Below, piece by piece: positions 43,401 to 61,399 of a DNA stretch of 64,000 nt. Source of the stretch: Eledone cirrhosa (lineage: Eukaryota); the NCBI GenBank assembly GCA_964016885.1, contig OZ024744.1, positions 112,406,001-112,470,000 of the forward strand, given 5' to 3'. The notes beneath the pieces are model-generated. The model did no database searches. It saw only the letters and a list, made by a program, of their open reading frames with translations, and was not told where the DNA came from. Numbering within the stretch: the stretch's first letter is position 1; each line of letters starts with the position of its first letter. Position numbers and translations under genes: made by a program.

Positions 43401-46400
43401 TACCACACACATTTACCACACACATTCACCACACACATTCACCACACACACACACCACACACTTACACCACACACACATTCACCACACACATTCACCACA
43501 CACATTTACCACACACATTTACCACACACATTCACCACACACACATTTACCACACACACACATTTACCACACACATTCACCACACACATTTACCACACAC
43601 ATCCACCACAGACACACATTTACCACACACATATAGCACACACATTTAACACACACATTTACCACACACATTCACCACACACATACACCACACTCATTCA
43701 CCACACACATTCACCACACACATTTACCACACACATTTACCACACACATTCACCACACACACATTTACCACACATACATTTACCACACACATTCACCACA
43801 CACATTTACCACACACATCCACCACAGACACATTTACCACACACATATAGCACACACATTTAACACACACATTTACCACACACATTCACCACACACATTC
43901 ACCAAACACATTCACCACACACATACACCACACTCATTCACCACACACATTTACCACACACATATTCACCACACACATTTACCACCCACATTTACCACAC
44001 AGATTTACCACACACATTCACCTGACACATTTACCACTCACATTCACCACACACTTTCATCACACACACACAACACACATACACCACACACATTCACCAC
44101 ACACACACATTTACCACACACACACACCACACACATTCACCACACACATTCACCACATACACACACCACACACATTCAGGAGGAGTTTAAGACAGGATGC
44201 CCATGGGAACTCCTGTATGCTGATGACCTCGCACTCATAGCTGAATCTATGGTAGAACTAGAGAATAAATTCCAAACTTGGAAGCAGGGACTAGAAAGAA
44301 AGGGTCTCAAAGTCAAAATGACAAAGACTAAGGTCCTTGTAAGTAGACGAGAAAACAGAACCCAGATTCCCTCAGGGAAATGGCCTTGCTCAGTATGTAG
44401 GAAAGGTGTAGGTAGGAACTCCATTCTCTTCCCCAAATGCAAACAATGGGTACACAAGAGATGTAGCGGGATCTCAGGAAGCTTAATTAAGAATGTAAGA
44501 TTCACATGCAGCAGCTGTACTGAGACAGCAAGCAGCAAACAGCCACAGGAAACAAGTACCACCAATCTCTGGGAGGGCTCTGTAGAAACAGTAGACAGCT
44601 TCTGCTACCTAGGTGACCGAATTAGCAGCGGAGGTGGGTGTTCAGAAAGTACAATAACTAGGGTAAGAACGTGATGGAAGAAGTTTAGGGAACTACTACC
44701 ACTGCTAGCTGCAAAAGGCTTCTCCCTCAGAATGAAAGGCAGACTGTATGATGCGTGTATCCAAACAACGATGTTGCATGGTAGTGAAACCTGGGCGCTG
44801 AAGGTGGAAGACTTACGTAGATTAGAGAGAAACGAAGCCTGCATGCTCCGATGGATGTGTAACAATAATATACGTTAATGACAAAGTATAAATGAATTGA
44901 GAGAGAGACTGAGCATAAGAGGAATCAAATGCTGTGTGCAGGAGAGGTGGTTGCGCTGTATGGACATGTGATGCGTATGAAGGATGACAGCTGCATAAAA
45001 AGGTGCAGAGCATTAGAAGTTGATGGAAACCGCGGAGTGGGGAGACCCAAGATGACCTGGGATGAGGTGATAAAAGCCGACCTTACCCAATTACACCTCT
45101 CAAAGGCAATGACACACGACCGTGACCTCTGGCGTCACGCAGTAATACAGAGTACCTGACCTCCCATGGGTACAAGCTGAAGCATATAGACAATATGCCC
45201 CCACACCCTTCACCGCAACGTGGTCATGGAGGTGCCACGGCAAAAAAGCACCCAGCCCACACTGTAAAGTGGACGTGTAGGTGCCACGAAAAAGCGCCCA
45301 GCACTCACTGTAAATGAGGTTGGTGTTAGGAAGGGCATCCAGCTGTAGAAATCAAGCCAGATCAGTTCCTGTATGAGCAAGACAAGGTCAGCCGACCAGA
45401 CACTGCACACAACAGGACAAACTGTCTAACCCATTCTAGCGTGGAAGAACGGACGTAAAACGGTGATGATGATCATGATGATGATGATTCACCACACACA
45501 TTCACCACACACATTCACCACACATATTCACCAATCACACACACACCACACACATACACCACACACATTCACCACACACACACACCACACACATACACCA
45601 CCCACATTCACCACACACACACACTACACACACATTCACCATACACATTCACCACACACACACCACACACATTCACCACACACATTCACCATACACATTC
45701 GCTACACACATTTACCACACATATTTACCATACACATTCACCACACACATTCACCACACACAATTACCACACACACACACCACACACACCACACTCACAC
45801 ACCACACACATTCACTACACACATTCACCACACACACATTTACCACACATCCACCACACACAGTCACCACACACATTCACCACACACATACACCACCCAC
45901 ATTCACCACACACACACACTACACACACATTCACCATACACATTCACCACACACACACCACACACATTCACCACACACATTCACCATACACATTCACTAC
46001 ACACATTTACCACACATATTTACCATACACATTCACCACACACATTCACCACACACAATAACCACACACACACACACCACACACACACACCACACTCACA
46101 CACCACACACTTCACTACACACATTCACCACACACACATTTACCACACATCCACCACACACAGTCACCACACACATTCACCACACACACACACCACTTAC
46201 ACATTTACCACACACACATATACCACACACATTTACCACACACATTCACCACACACACATTCACCACACACATTCACCACACACATTTACCACACACATT
46301 CACCACACCACACACACCACACACATTCACCACACACATTCAGCACACACATTCACCACACACATTTAACACACACATTTACCACACACATTCACCCCAC

Positions 46401-49400
46401 ACATTTACCAAACACATTCCCACAGACACCACACACATTCACCACATAAACCACACACATTCACCACACACATACACCACAGACATTCACCACACACATT
46501 CACCACATAGATTCACAACACACATTCACCACACACACACACACCACACACATTCACCACACACATTCACCACACACTTTCACCACACACTTTCACCACA
46601 CACATTCACCAGACACATTCACCACACACATTCACCACACACACACTCACCACACACATTCACCACATAGATTCACAACACACATTCACCACACACACAT
46701 CCACCGCACATTTTCACCAAACACACACACACCACACACATTCACCACACACATTCACCACACACATTCACCACACACACACCACACACATTCCCCACAC
46801 ACATTCACCACACACATTCACCACACACATTCACCACACACACAGCACGCATATTCACCACACACATTTACCACACAGATTCACCACACACATTCCCCAC
46901 ACACATTCCCCACACACACACACCACACACACACACCACACACATTCTCCACACACATACAACACACACATTTACCACACACATACACCACACATTTTCA
47001 CCACACACACACACCACACATATTCACCACACAAATACACCTCACACATTTACCACACACATTCACCACACACATTCACCACACACATTCACCACACACA
47101 TTTACCACACACATTCACCACAGACACACATTTACCACACACATTTACCACACACATTTACCACATACATTTAACACACATATTTACCACACACACACTC
47201 ACCACACACATTCACCACACACATTCACCACACACGTTCATCACACACATTCACCACACACATACACCACACAAACATTCACCACACACATACACCACAC
47301 TCATTCACCACACACACACACATTCACCACACACACTCACCACACACATTCACCACACACATTCACCACACACGTTCATCACACACATTCACCACACACA
47401 TACACCACACAAACATTCACCACACACATACACCACACTCATTCACCACACACATTCACCACACACATTCACCACACACATTCACCACACACATAAACCA
47501 CACGCATTTACAACACACACACACCACACACATACACCACACACATTTACCACATACATTCACCACACACATTTACCACACACATATTAACCACACATAT
47601 TAACCACACATATTAACCACACACACATTTACCACACACATTCACCACACACATTTACCACACACATTCACCATATTCACCACATACATTCTCCAAACAC
47701 AGACACCACACACATTCACCACACACACACCACGCATATTCACCACACACATTCACCAAACACATTTACCACACACATACAGCACACACATTCACCTCAC
47801 ACACACCACACACATTCACCACACACATTTGCCACACACATTCACCACACACATTTACCAAACACATTCCCACGGACACCACACATTCACCACACACTTT
47901 CACCACACACTTTCACCACACACATTCACCACACACATTCACCACACACACACTCACCACACACATTCACCACATACATTCACAACACACTTTCACCAAA
48001 CACACACACACCACACACATTCACCACACACATTCACCACACACATTCACCACACACATTCACCACACACATTCACCACACACATTCACCACACACATTC
48101 ACCACACACTTTCACCACACACACACACTACACACGCATTTAACATACACATTCACCTCACACACACCACACACATTCACCACACACACTCACCACACAC
48201 ATTTACCAGACACATTCACCACACACATTCACCACACACATTTGCCACACACACAGCACGCATATTCACCACACACATTCACCACACACATACACCACAC
48301 ACATTCCCCACACACATTCCCCTCACACATTCACCACACACATTCACCACACACTTTCACCACACACACACACTACACACGCATTTAACATACACATTCA
48401 CCTCACACACACCACACACATTCACCACACACACTCACCACACACATTTACCAGACACATTCACCACACACATTCACCACACACATTTGCCACACACACA
48501 CCACACACATACACCACACACATTCACCACACACACTCACCACACACATTCCCGACACACATTCCCCACACACTTTCACCACACACTTTCACCACACACA
48601 TACACCATACACATTCACCACACACACACCACACACATTCACCACACATATTCACCACACACACTACACACATTCACCACATTCACCACACACATTCACC
48701 ACACACATTCACCACACACATTCAATACAGTCATTCACCACACACATACACCACACACATTTACCACAAACATTCACCACACATTTTCACCACACACACA
48801 CACCACACACATTCACCACACACACACCACACATATTCACCACACAAATACACCATACACATTCACCACACACATTCACCACACACATTTACCACACACA
48901 TTCACCACAGACACACATTTACCACACACATTCAGCACACACATTCACGACACACATTTACCACACACACATTCACCACGCACATTTACCACACACATTC
49001 ACCACATACATTTACCACACACACATTCACCACACACATTTACCACACACATTCACCACAGACACACATTTACCACACACATTTACCACATACATTTAAC
49101 ACACATATTTACCACACACACTCACCACACACATTCACCACACACATTCACCACACACGTTCATCACACACATTCACCACACACATACACCACACAAACA
49201 TTCACCACACACATACACCACACTCATTCACCACACACACACACATTCACCACACACATTCACCACACACATTCACCACACACATTCACCACACACATAA
49301 ACCACACGTATTTACAACACACACACACCACACACATACACCACACACATTTACCACATACATTCACCACACACATTTACCACACACATATTCACCACAC

Positions 49401-52400
49401 ATATTAACCACACACACATTTACCACACACATTCACCACACACATTTACCACACACATTCACCACAGACACACATTTCCCACACACATTTACCACACACA
49501 TTCACCACACACATTCACCACACACTTTCATCACACACACACCACACACATAAACCACACACATTTACCACACACACACACCATACACATTCACCACACA
49601 CATACACCACACACACATTCACCACACACATTTACCACACACATTCACCATATTCACCACATACATTCTCCAAACACATTCACCACACACACATCCACCA
49701 CACACTTTCACCACACACACCACAAACATTCACCACACACACACCACGCATATTCACCACACACATTCACCAAACACATTTACCACACACATACACCACA
49801 CACATTCACCTCACACACACCACACACATTCACCACACACATTTGCCACACACATTCACCACACGCATTTGCCACACGCATTTGCCACACACATTCACCA
49901 CACACATTCACCACACACGTTTGCCACACACACACCACACACACACACTACACACACATTTACCATACACATTCACCTCACACACACCACACACATTCAC
50001 CACACACATTCACCACACACGTTCACCACACACATTCACCACACACATTCACCACACACATTCACCACACACATTCACCTCACACACACCGCACACATTC
50101 ACCACACACACTCACCACACACATTTGCCACACACACACCATACACATTCACCACACACATTTACCACACACATTTTTACCACACACACACACCGCACTC
50201 ACAAACCACACACATACACTACACACATTCACCACACACAAATTTACCACACACACATTTACCACACAGTCACCACACACATTCACCACACACATTCACC
50301 ACACACACACACACCACACACACACACCACTTACACATTTACCACACACACACACCACTTACACATTTACCACACACACACTTACCACACACATTCACCA
50401 ACCACATACACCACACACACACAACACACATTCACCACACACATACACCATACACATAAACCACACACATTCACCACACACACTCACCACACACACTACA
50501 CACATTCACCACACACACTACACACATTCACCACACACGTTCACCACACACATTTACCACACACATTTACCACACACATATTGACCACACATATTCACCA
50601 CACACACATTTACCACACACATTCACCACAGACACACATTCCCCACACACATTCACCACACACACACACCACACACATTCACCACACACATTCACCTTCA
50701 CGACACACATTCACCACACTGATTCACCACTCACACACACCACACACATTCACCACACACATTCACCACACACATTCACCACCCATATTCACCACACACA
50801 TACACCATACACATTCACCACACACACACCACACACATTCACCACACATATTCACCACACACACTACACACATTCACCACATTCACCACACACATTCACC
50901 ACACACATTCACCACACACATTCAATACAGTCATTCACCACACACATACACCACACACATTTACCACAAACATTCACCACACATTTTCACCACACACACA
51001 CACCACACACATTCACCACACACACACCACACATATTCACCACACAAATACACCATACACATTCACCACACACATTCACCACACACATTTACCACACACA
51101 TTCACCACAGACACACATTTACCACACACATTCAGCACACACATTCACGACACACATTTACCACACACACATTCACCACGCACATTTACCACACACATTC
51201 ACCACATACATTTACCACACACACATTCACCACACACATTTACCACACACATTCACCACAGACACACATTTACCACACACATTTACCACATACATTTAAC
51301 ACACATATTTACCACACACACTCACCACACACATTCACCACACACATTCACCACACACGTTCATCACACACATTCACCACACACATACACCACACAAACA
51401 TTCACCACACACATACACCACACTCATTCACCACACACACACACATTCACCACACACATTCACCACACACATTCACCACACACATTCACCACACACATAA
51501 ACCACACGTATTTACAACACACACACACCACACACATACACCACACACATTTACCACATACATTCACCACACACATTTACCACACACATATTCACCACAC
51601 ATATTAACCACACACACATTTACCACACACATTCACCACACACATTTACCACACACATTCACCACAGACACACATTTCCCACACACATTTACCACACACA
51701 TTCACCACACACATTCACCACACACTTTCATCACACACACACCACACACATAAACCACACACATTTACCACACACACACACCATACACATTCACCACACA
51801 CATACACCACACACACATTCACCACACACATTTACCACACACATTCACCATATTCACCACATACATTCTCCAAACACATTCACCACACACACATCCACCA
51901 CACACTTTCACCACACACACCACAAACATTCACCACACACACACCACGCATATTCACCACACACATTCACCAAACACATTTACCACACACATACACCACA
52001 CACATTCACCTCACACACACCACACACATTCACCACACACATTTGCCACACACATTCACCACACGCATTTGCCACACGCATTTGCCACACACATTCACCA
52101 CACACATTCACCACACACGTTTGCCACACACACACCACACACACACACTACACACACATTTACCATACACATTCACCTCACACACACCACACACATTCAC
52201 CACACACATTCACCACACACGTTCACCACACACATTCACCACACACATTCACCACACACATTCACCACACACATTCACCTCACACACACCGCACACATTC
52301 ACCACACACACTCACCACACACATTTGCCACACACACACCATACACATTCACCACACACATTTACCACACACATTTTTACCACACACACACACCGCACTC

Positions 52401-55400
52401 ACAAACCACACACATACACTACACACATTCACCACACACACTCATTCACCACACACATTCACCACACACACCACACACATTCACCACACACATTCACCAC
52501 ACTCATTCACCACACACATTCACCACACACATACACCACACTCATTCACCACACACATTCACCACACACACTCACCACACACATTCACCACACACATTAA
52601 CCTCACACATTCACCACACACATTCACCCCCACACACTACACACATTCACCTCACACATACACCACACACATTCACCCCACACACTACACACATTCACCA
52701 CACACACTCATTCACCACACACATTCACCACACACACCACACACATACACCACACACATTCACCCCACACACTACACACATTCACCACACACACACATTC
52801 ACCACACACATTCACCCCACACACTACACACATTCACCACACACACTCATTCACCACACACATTCACCACACACACCACACACATTCACCACACACATTC
52901 ACCACACTCATTCACCACACACATTCACCACACACATTCACCACACACATTCACCACACACATTCACCGCACACATTCACCACACTCATTCACCACACTC
53001 ATTCACCACACACATTTACCACACACATTCACCACACACATTTACCACACACATTCACCACACACATTTACCACACACATTCACCACACACATTTACCAC
53101 ACACATTCACCACACACATTTACCACACACATTCACCACACACATTCACCGCACACATTCACCACACTCATTCACCACACACATTTACCACACACATTCA
53201 CCACACACATTTACCACACACATTCACCACACACATTTACCACACACATTCACCGCACACATTTACCACACACATTCACCGCACACATTTATCACACACA
53301 TTCACCACACACATTCACCACACACACACCACACACATTTACCACACACACTCACCACACACATTCACCACACATTCACCACACACACACCACACACATT
53401 CACCACATACATTCTCCAAACACATTCACCACACACACATCCACCACACACTTTCACCACACACACACACACCACACACATTCACCACACACATTCACCA
53501 CACACTTTCATCACACACACACCACACACACACACCACACACATTCACCTCACACATACACCACACACATTCACCACACACATTCACCACACACATTCAC
53601 CACACACATTCACCACACACTTTCATCACATACACACCACACACACACACCACACACATTCACCTCACACATACACCACACACATTCACCACACATTCAC
53701 CACACACATTCACCACACACATACACCACACACATTCACCACACACATTTACCACCCACATTCACCACACACATTCACCACACACATTCACCACACACAT
53801 TCACCACACACATTCACCACACACATTCACCACACACATACACCACACACATTCACCACACACATTTACCACCCACATTCACCACACACATTCACCACAC
53901 ACATTCACCACACACATTCACCACACACATTCACCACACACATTCACCACACACATACACCACACACATTCACCACACACATTTACCACCCACATTCACC
54001 ACACACATTCACCACACACATTTACCACACACATACACAACACACATTTACCACACACATACACAACACACATTTACCACACACATACACAACACACATT
54101 CACCACACCCATACACCACACACATTCCCCACACACAGTCACCACACACTTTCACCACACATATTTGCCACACACACACCACACACACACACTACGCATG
54201 CATTTACCATACAGATTCACCACACACATTCACCACACACATTTGCCACACACACACCACACCACACACATTCACCACACACATTCACCACACACACTCA
54301 CCACACACATTCACCACACACTTTCACCACACACTTTCACCACACACATACACCACACACATTCACCACACACACATTCACCACACACATACACCACACA
54401 AACATTCACCACACACATACACCACACTCATTCACCACACACACGCACATTCACCACACACATTTACCACACACATTCACCACACACATTCACCACACAC
54501 ATAAACCACACGTATTTACAACACACACACACCACACACATACACCACACACATTTACCACACACATATTCACCACACATATTAACCACACACACATTTA
54601 CCACACACATTCACCACACACATTTACCACACACATTCACCACAGACACACATTTACCACACACATTTACCACACACATTCTCCACACACTTTCACCACA
54701 CACTTTCATCACACACACACCACACACATAAACCACACACATTCACCACACACACACCACACACATTTACCACACACACACACCACACACATTCACCACA
54801 CACATACACCACACACACATTCACCACACACATTCACCACATTCACCACACACATTTACCACACACATTCACCATATTCACCACATACATTCTCCAAACA
54901 CATTCACCACACACACACATCCACCACACACTTTCACCACACACACCACACACATTCACCACACACACACCACGCATATTCACCACACACATTCACCAAA
55001 CACATTTACCACACACATACACCACACACATTCACCTCACACACACCACACACATTCACCACACACATTTGCCACACACATTCACCACACACATTTGCCA
55101 CACACATTCACCACACACATTCACCACACACGTTTGCCACACACACACCACACACACACACACATTTACCATACACATTCACCTCACACACACCACACAC
55201 ATTCACCACACACATTCACCACACACGTTCACCACACACATTCACCACACACATTCACCACACACATTCACCACACACATTCACCTCACACACACCGCAC
55301 ACATTCACCACACACACTCACCACACACATTTGCCACACACACACCATACACATTCACCACACACATTTACCACACACATTTTTACCACACACACACACC

Positions 55401-58400
55401 ACACTCACAAACCACACACATACACTACACAAATTTACCACACACACATTTACCACACAGTCACCACACACATTCACCACACACATTCACCACACACACA
55501 CACACCACACACACACACCACTTACACATTTACCACACACACATTTACCACACACATTAACCAACCACATACACCACACACACACCACACACATTCACCA
55601 CACACATACACCATACACATAAACCACACACATTCACCACACACACTCACCACACACACTACACACATTCACCACACACACTACACACATTCACCACACA
55701 CGTTCACCACACACATTTACCACACACATTCACCACAGACACACATTTAGCACACACATTTACCACACACATTTAACACACACATTCACCACAGACACAC
55801 ATTTAGCACACACATTTACCACAAACATTTAACACACACATTCACCACAGACACACATTCCCCACACACATTCACCACACACACACACCACACACATTCA
55901 CCACACACATTCACCACACTCATTCACCACTCACACACACCACACACATTCACCACACACATTCACCACACACATACACCACACTCATTCACCACACACA
56001 TTCACCACACACATACACCACACTCATTCAGCACACACATTCACCACACACACACACCACACACATTCACCACACACATTCACCACACTCATTCACCACT
56101 CACACACACCACACACATGCACCACACACATACACCACACTCATTCACCACACACATTCACCACACACATACACCACACACATTCACCACACACATTCAC
56201 CACACACATACACCACAGACATTCACCACACACATTCACCATACACATTCACCACACTCATTCACCACTCACACACACACCACACACACACCACACACAT
56301 TCACCACACACATTCACCACACACATTCACCACACACATACACCACACTCATTCACCATACACATTCACCACACACATTTACCACCCACATTCACCACAC
56401 ACATTCAGCACACACATTCACCACACACATTCACAACACACATTCAACACACACATTCACCACACACATTCACCACACACATTCACCACACACATACACC
56501 ACACTCATTCACCACTCACACACACCACACACATTCACCACACACATTCACCACACACATACACCACACTCATTCACCACTCACACACACACCACACACA
56601 TTTACTACACACATTCACCACACTCATTCACCAAACACATTCACCACACACATTCACCACACACATTCACCACACACATTCACCACACTCATTCACTACA
56701 CACATTCACCACACACATATACCACACACATTCACCACACACATTCACCACACACATTCACCACCCATATTCACCACACACACATTCACCTCACACATTC
56801 ACCACACACTTTCATCACACACACATCCACCACACTCTTTCACCACACACACACACACCTCACACATTCACCACACACAGACACCACACACATTCACCCC
56901 ACACACACACCACACACATTCACCACACACATTCACCACACACATTCACCACACACATTCACCACACACATACACCACACACACATACACCACACACACA
57001 TTCACCACACACATGCACCACAATCACCACACACATTCTCCAAATACATTCACCACACACACATCCACCACACACATTTACCACACACATTCACCACAGA
57101 CACACATTTACCACACACATTTACCACACACATTTAACACACACATTTACCACACACATTACCCACACACATTCACCACACACACACACCACACACATTC
57201 ACCACACACATTCACAACACACACCACACTCATTCACCACACACATTCACCACACACATTCACCACACTCATTCACCACACACATTCACCACACTCATTC
57301 ACCACACTCATTCACCACACTCATTCACCACACACATTTACCACACACATTCACCACACACATTTACCACACACATTTACCACACAGATTCACCGCACAC
57401 ATTCACCTCACACATTCACCACACACTTTCATCACACACACACACCACACACATACACCACACACATACACCACACACATACACCACACACATACACCAC
57501 ACACATTCACCACACACACATACACCACACACATTCACCACACACATATACACCACACACATTCACCACACACATCCAGCACACACACATTCACCACACA
57601 CATTCAGCACACACACTCACTACACACACACAAACATTCCCCACACACACATTTACCACACACACACCACACTCACACACCACACACACACACACACACA
57701 CAGTCACCACACACATACATACACCACACATTCACCACACACCATACACACCAGACACATTCGCCACACACATTCAGCACGCACATACACCACACACATT
57801 CACCACACACCACACACATTCGCCACACACATACACCACACACCACACACACCAGACACATTCACCACACACATCCACCACACACTTTCACCACACACAT
57901 CCACCACACACATTCACCACACACATTCACCACACACATTCACCACACACATTCACTGCACACATTCACCGCACTCATTCACCACACTCATTCACCACAC
58001 TCATTCACCACACACATTTACCACACACATTTACCACACACATTCACCACACACATTTACCACACACATTTACCACACACATTCACCGCACACATTTACC
58101 GCACACATTCACCGCACACATTTATCACACACATTCACCTCACACATTCACCACACACTTTCATCACACACTTTCATCACACACACACATACACCACACA
58201 CATTCACCACACACACACCACACACATTTACCACACACACACACACCACACACATTCACCACACATTCACCACACACACACACACCACACACATTCACCA
58301 CATACATTCTCCAAACACATTCACCACACACACATCCACCACACACTTTCACGACACACAGACACACCACACACATTCACCATACACATTCACCACACAC

Positions 58401-58890
58401 TTTCATCACACACACACCACACACACACACCACACACATTCACCTCACACATACACCACACACATTCACCACACATTCACCACACACATTTACCACCCAC
58501 ATTCACCACACACATACACCACACACCATACACACCAAACACATTCGCCACACACATTCACACACCACACACATTCACCACACACATATACACCACACAC
58601 ACATTCAGCACACACAAACATTCCCCACACACACATCTACCACACACACACCACACACATTAACCACACACACACACAGTCACCACACACATACATACAC
58701 ACCTACATACACCACACATTCACCACACACCATACACACCAGACACATTCGCCACACACATTCAGCACGCACATACACCACACACATTCACCACACACAT
58801 ACACCACACACATTCACCACACACATTCACCACACACATCATACACATTCGCCACACACATTAACCACACACATTCACCACACACAGACG
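28455..58890. repeat. About 30-kb satellite of 13-bp CACCACACACATT with higher-order repeats
   Basis: Continuous unit with few G on the + strand; higher-order periods of about 173, 2200 and 4550 bp; interrupted only by the RTE at 44177-45487. Confidence 0.97.
44177..45487 (+). mobile_element. 5'-truncated RTE LINE (family B) inserted in satellite; RT with PHD-like insert; stop codons
   Basis: GCPWELLYADDL, KTKV, WPCSVC...WVHKRC...CSSC, FCYLGD, KGRLYDAC, GRPKMTW, (GAT)n tail. Confidence 0.93.
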
Positions 58891-58934
58891 TGTTAAAGGA
58901 CATTTAGTTTGTCAAACCTGGTCCTTTCAAATAC

Positions 58935-59066
58935 AGGTACTTGTCTTTCTCAACGGACTGCAGCAATATGAAATAAGGTGTTTAGCCCATGGTATCAATA
59001 CACCGATAGAAATGAAACTCACGATGTTACAGCCATAAGGCCAACATGTTAGCCACGTGCCTTCAT
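58935..59066 (-). mobile_element. Degenerate SINE S2 fragment
   Basis: GGTACTT..GGACTGCAGCAATATGAAATAAGGTG resembles about 9965-10015. Confidence 0.5.
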
Positions 59067-59247
59067 ATATTACATTCAAACTATTTTCTTTATTCTTCAC
59101 GTTACATCTCCTCCGCGGAAACAGCTTCCCTATCCTGACCTCTGCGGCTGTGGCGGAGCCCCATAGCGTATCATTCCATATTTAGTTGTGGTCGGTGTGG
59201 GTGTCTTTGTGTATATTGCTTTTGTTTTCATTCAGCATTATGTCATA

Positions 59248-59543
59248 AAATAAAATAAAGATAAAATAAAGTACCAGTAATGTACTGGGATAATTGCTGG
59301 CCTTGTGCCAAAAGTAGAAACAATTATGTCATTCTTCATAAGGCGGTGGATTGACAGTATCGGTGGAGGGTCGGACGCCATGCTTTCCAGCATAGTTACG
59401 TCCCTTTACGATCTGAGTTCAAATCCCGCCGAGGTTGACTTTGCCTTTCATCCTTACAGGGTCGATAAAATAAAGTACCAGTAATGCACTGGATAATTGC
59501 TGGCCTTGTGGCTAAATTAGAAACAATTATGTCATTCTTCATT
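59248..59543 (+). mobile_element. Two SINE S1 copies in tandem (3' fragment plus full length)
   Basis: ATTATGTCAT at 59238, 59323 and 59527; the full copy starts AAGGCGGTGG at about 59340. Confidence 0.88.
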
Positions 59544-59799
59544 GCTTTTCTAATGAATTTTATTTGGAAAAGAAAGAAACAGTGTGTTGAGTTTTCCTTG
59601 TGTTGTTTTCCATTTAGTATAATAGTGAATATTCTAAATCTAGTTAAAATTAAGTAATCATATATTGTTTTTCTTTCCTTTGATAATAATCTACCATTTT
59701 TTTCAGTATATAGGATGCTCACTAAATTTAACATGATTATCCAAGAAAAATTCCCCTCAATTTGTCCATCAAAAGATGTGTTTTTTTAACTGAGAAGTT

Positions 59800-60010
59800 C
59801 ATGCACTCTGATGAGATTCTCTTTGGTAAAGTTTGAAAATATCATCTATTGTGGGCCTCAAGTTGTAGATCTTCTCGCGGTGGATCAGTTGCCTTTTACT
59901 CAGAACGGATAACAGTAGAAATATTTTTACTGCAAGATGCGACAAATTTACCTCATACTTTGAAATCTTTTTGAAATATTTCTGAAGAAATTCAATATTT
60001 AATGTATTGC
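59800..60010 (-). pseudogene. Possible hAT-type transposase C-terminal relic
   Basis: KKISKYEVNLSHLAVKIFLL...LRPTIDDIFKLYQRESH loosely resembles hAT dimerization-domain C-termini. Weak. Confidence 0.25.
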
Positions 60011-60158
60011 TACTGTATGGGCATAATAACATTTATATGCAACCAGCATTATGTAGACTTATATTGTATTGAAACATATGTTAAAGAATGAACTTTTGAT
60101 AAAATTCTTCACTTTTTTCTATACTTCATGCCTAATGTTTGTTTTTCCTATATATTAA

Positions 60159-60198
<40 letters not shown>

Positions 60199-60361
60199 CA
60201 TACATACATTCCTATGTGTGTGTGTGTGTGTGTGTGTGAAGGTAGATAAGTTTTTGTTTATGTACATCCGGAATGAATGTTTAAACAAGAAAGCTGCTTA
60301 GCGGAGAGTTTGACTTGACGGTATCCTTTGAGTTTGTCTCGACGGCATAAATATCCAAGCA

Positions 60362-61366
60362 GAGAAGTTTAAGACTGGCTGTCCACAGGACCTTCTCTAT
60401 GCTGATCTGGTTCTTATAGCAGAATCAGTAGAGGAGCTAGAGAATAAATTCCGGCTATGGAAACAGCAGTTGGAATCAAGAGGACTGAGAGTGAACCTAG
60501 CTAAGACAAAAGTGTTGATGAGTAGAAAAGAGGACAAAACTCTGATTCTGTCAGGGAAATGGCCATGTTCGATATGCAGAAAAGGAACTGGCATAAATTC
60601 TATAAAATGCACACAATGTAGGTCCTGGGTACACAAGAGATGTAGTGGGATAGCAGGCAAACTAACAGGTAGGGAGAAATACATATGCAGTAGATGTACA
60701 AGGAAATTAGACAGTAGAAGTTGCATTGATAGACACATTTTTCAAATGCAGGTGGGTGCTATAGAAGTGATACCTAGGAGATCAGATTAGCATGGGAGGG
60801 GGGTGTTCCGAGGCCATAGTATCTAGAATAAGGATGGGTTAGGAGAAATTTAGGGAACTGCTTCCTCTGTTGACAAAGAAGGGTTTCTCCCTGCGTACGA
60901 AAGGCCGTTTATATGATGCCTGTGTGAGATGCGTGATGCTGCATGCTAGTGAGACATGGGCAGCAACTGTAGAAGATATGCGACGGCTGAAGAGAAATGA
61001 AGCAAGCATGCTCCGTTGGATGTGCAATGTCAATGGGCATGAATGACAAGCATAGATGAGTTGAGAGAGAATCTGTGTATAATGGGGATAAGTTGTGGTG
61101 TGCAGGAGAGAAGACTGCATTGGTATGGACATGTGATGCGCATGAAGGATGACCGCTGGTAAAGAAGTGCCAAGAAATCCCAGTAGAAGGAAGACGCAGT
61201 AGAGTAAGACCACGAAAAACATGGGCGGAGGCGGTGTGAACGGACCTCAGATTGCTGAAGCTCACGGAGGACCGTGAAAAGTGGAGAGATGCTATGAATA
61301 GGACTCGCTCCACCCTTGCAAGTAGGGAAAAGAGGATTTAAAATGATGATGATGATGATTATGATG
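60362..61366 (+). mobile_element. 5'-truncated RTE LINE (family C) with intact C4HC3 PHD-like motif in RT; frameshifted
   Basis: TGCPQDLLYAD, WPCSICRK..CTQCRSWVHKRC..CSRC, KGRLYDACV, RLHWYGHV, (GAT)n tail. Confidence 0.92.
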
Positions 61367-61399
61367 AATAAAAAACAATTACATCCAGACATGTTCACG

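Noticed and set aside
28455-58890. Resemblance to yeast C1-3A telomeric DNA
   Set aside because: Interstitial, with a fixed 13-mer containing ATT; no TTAGGG array; the similarity is compositional.
28479-58896. Very long His/Thr/Pro-rich ORFs (up to 848 aa)
   Set aside because: Artefacts of a 13-mer satellite that rarely forms stop codons; several frames are open at once and there are no domains.
59803-59855. CTGATGA...GAAA hammerhead candidate
   Set aside because: No adequate stem I or stem II pairing.
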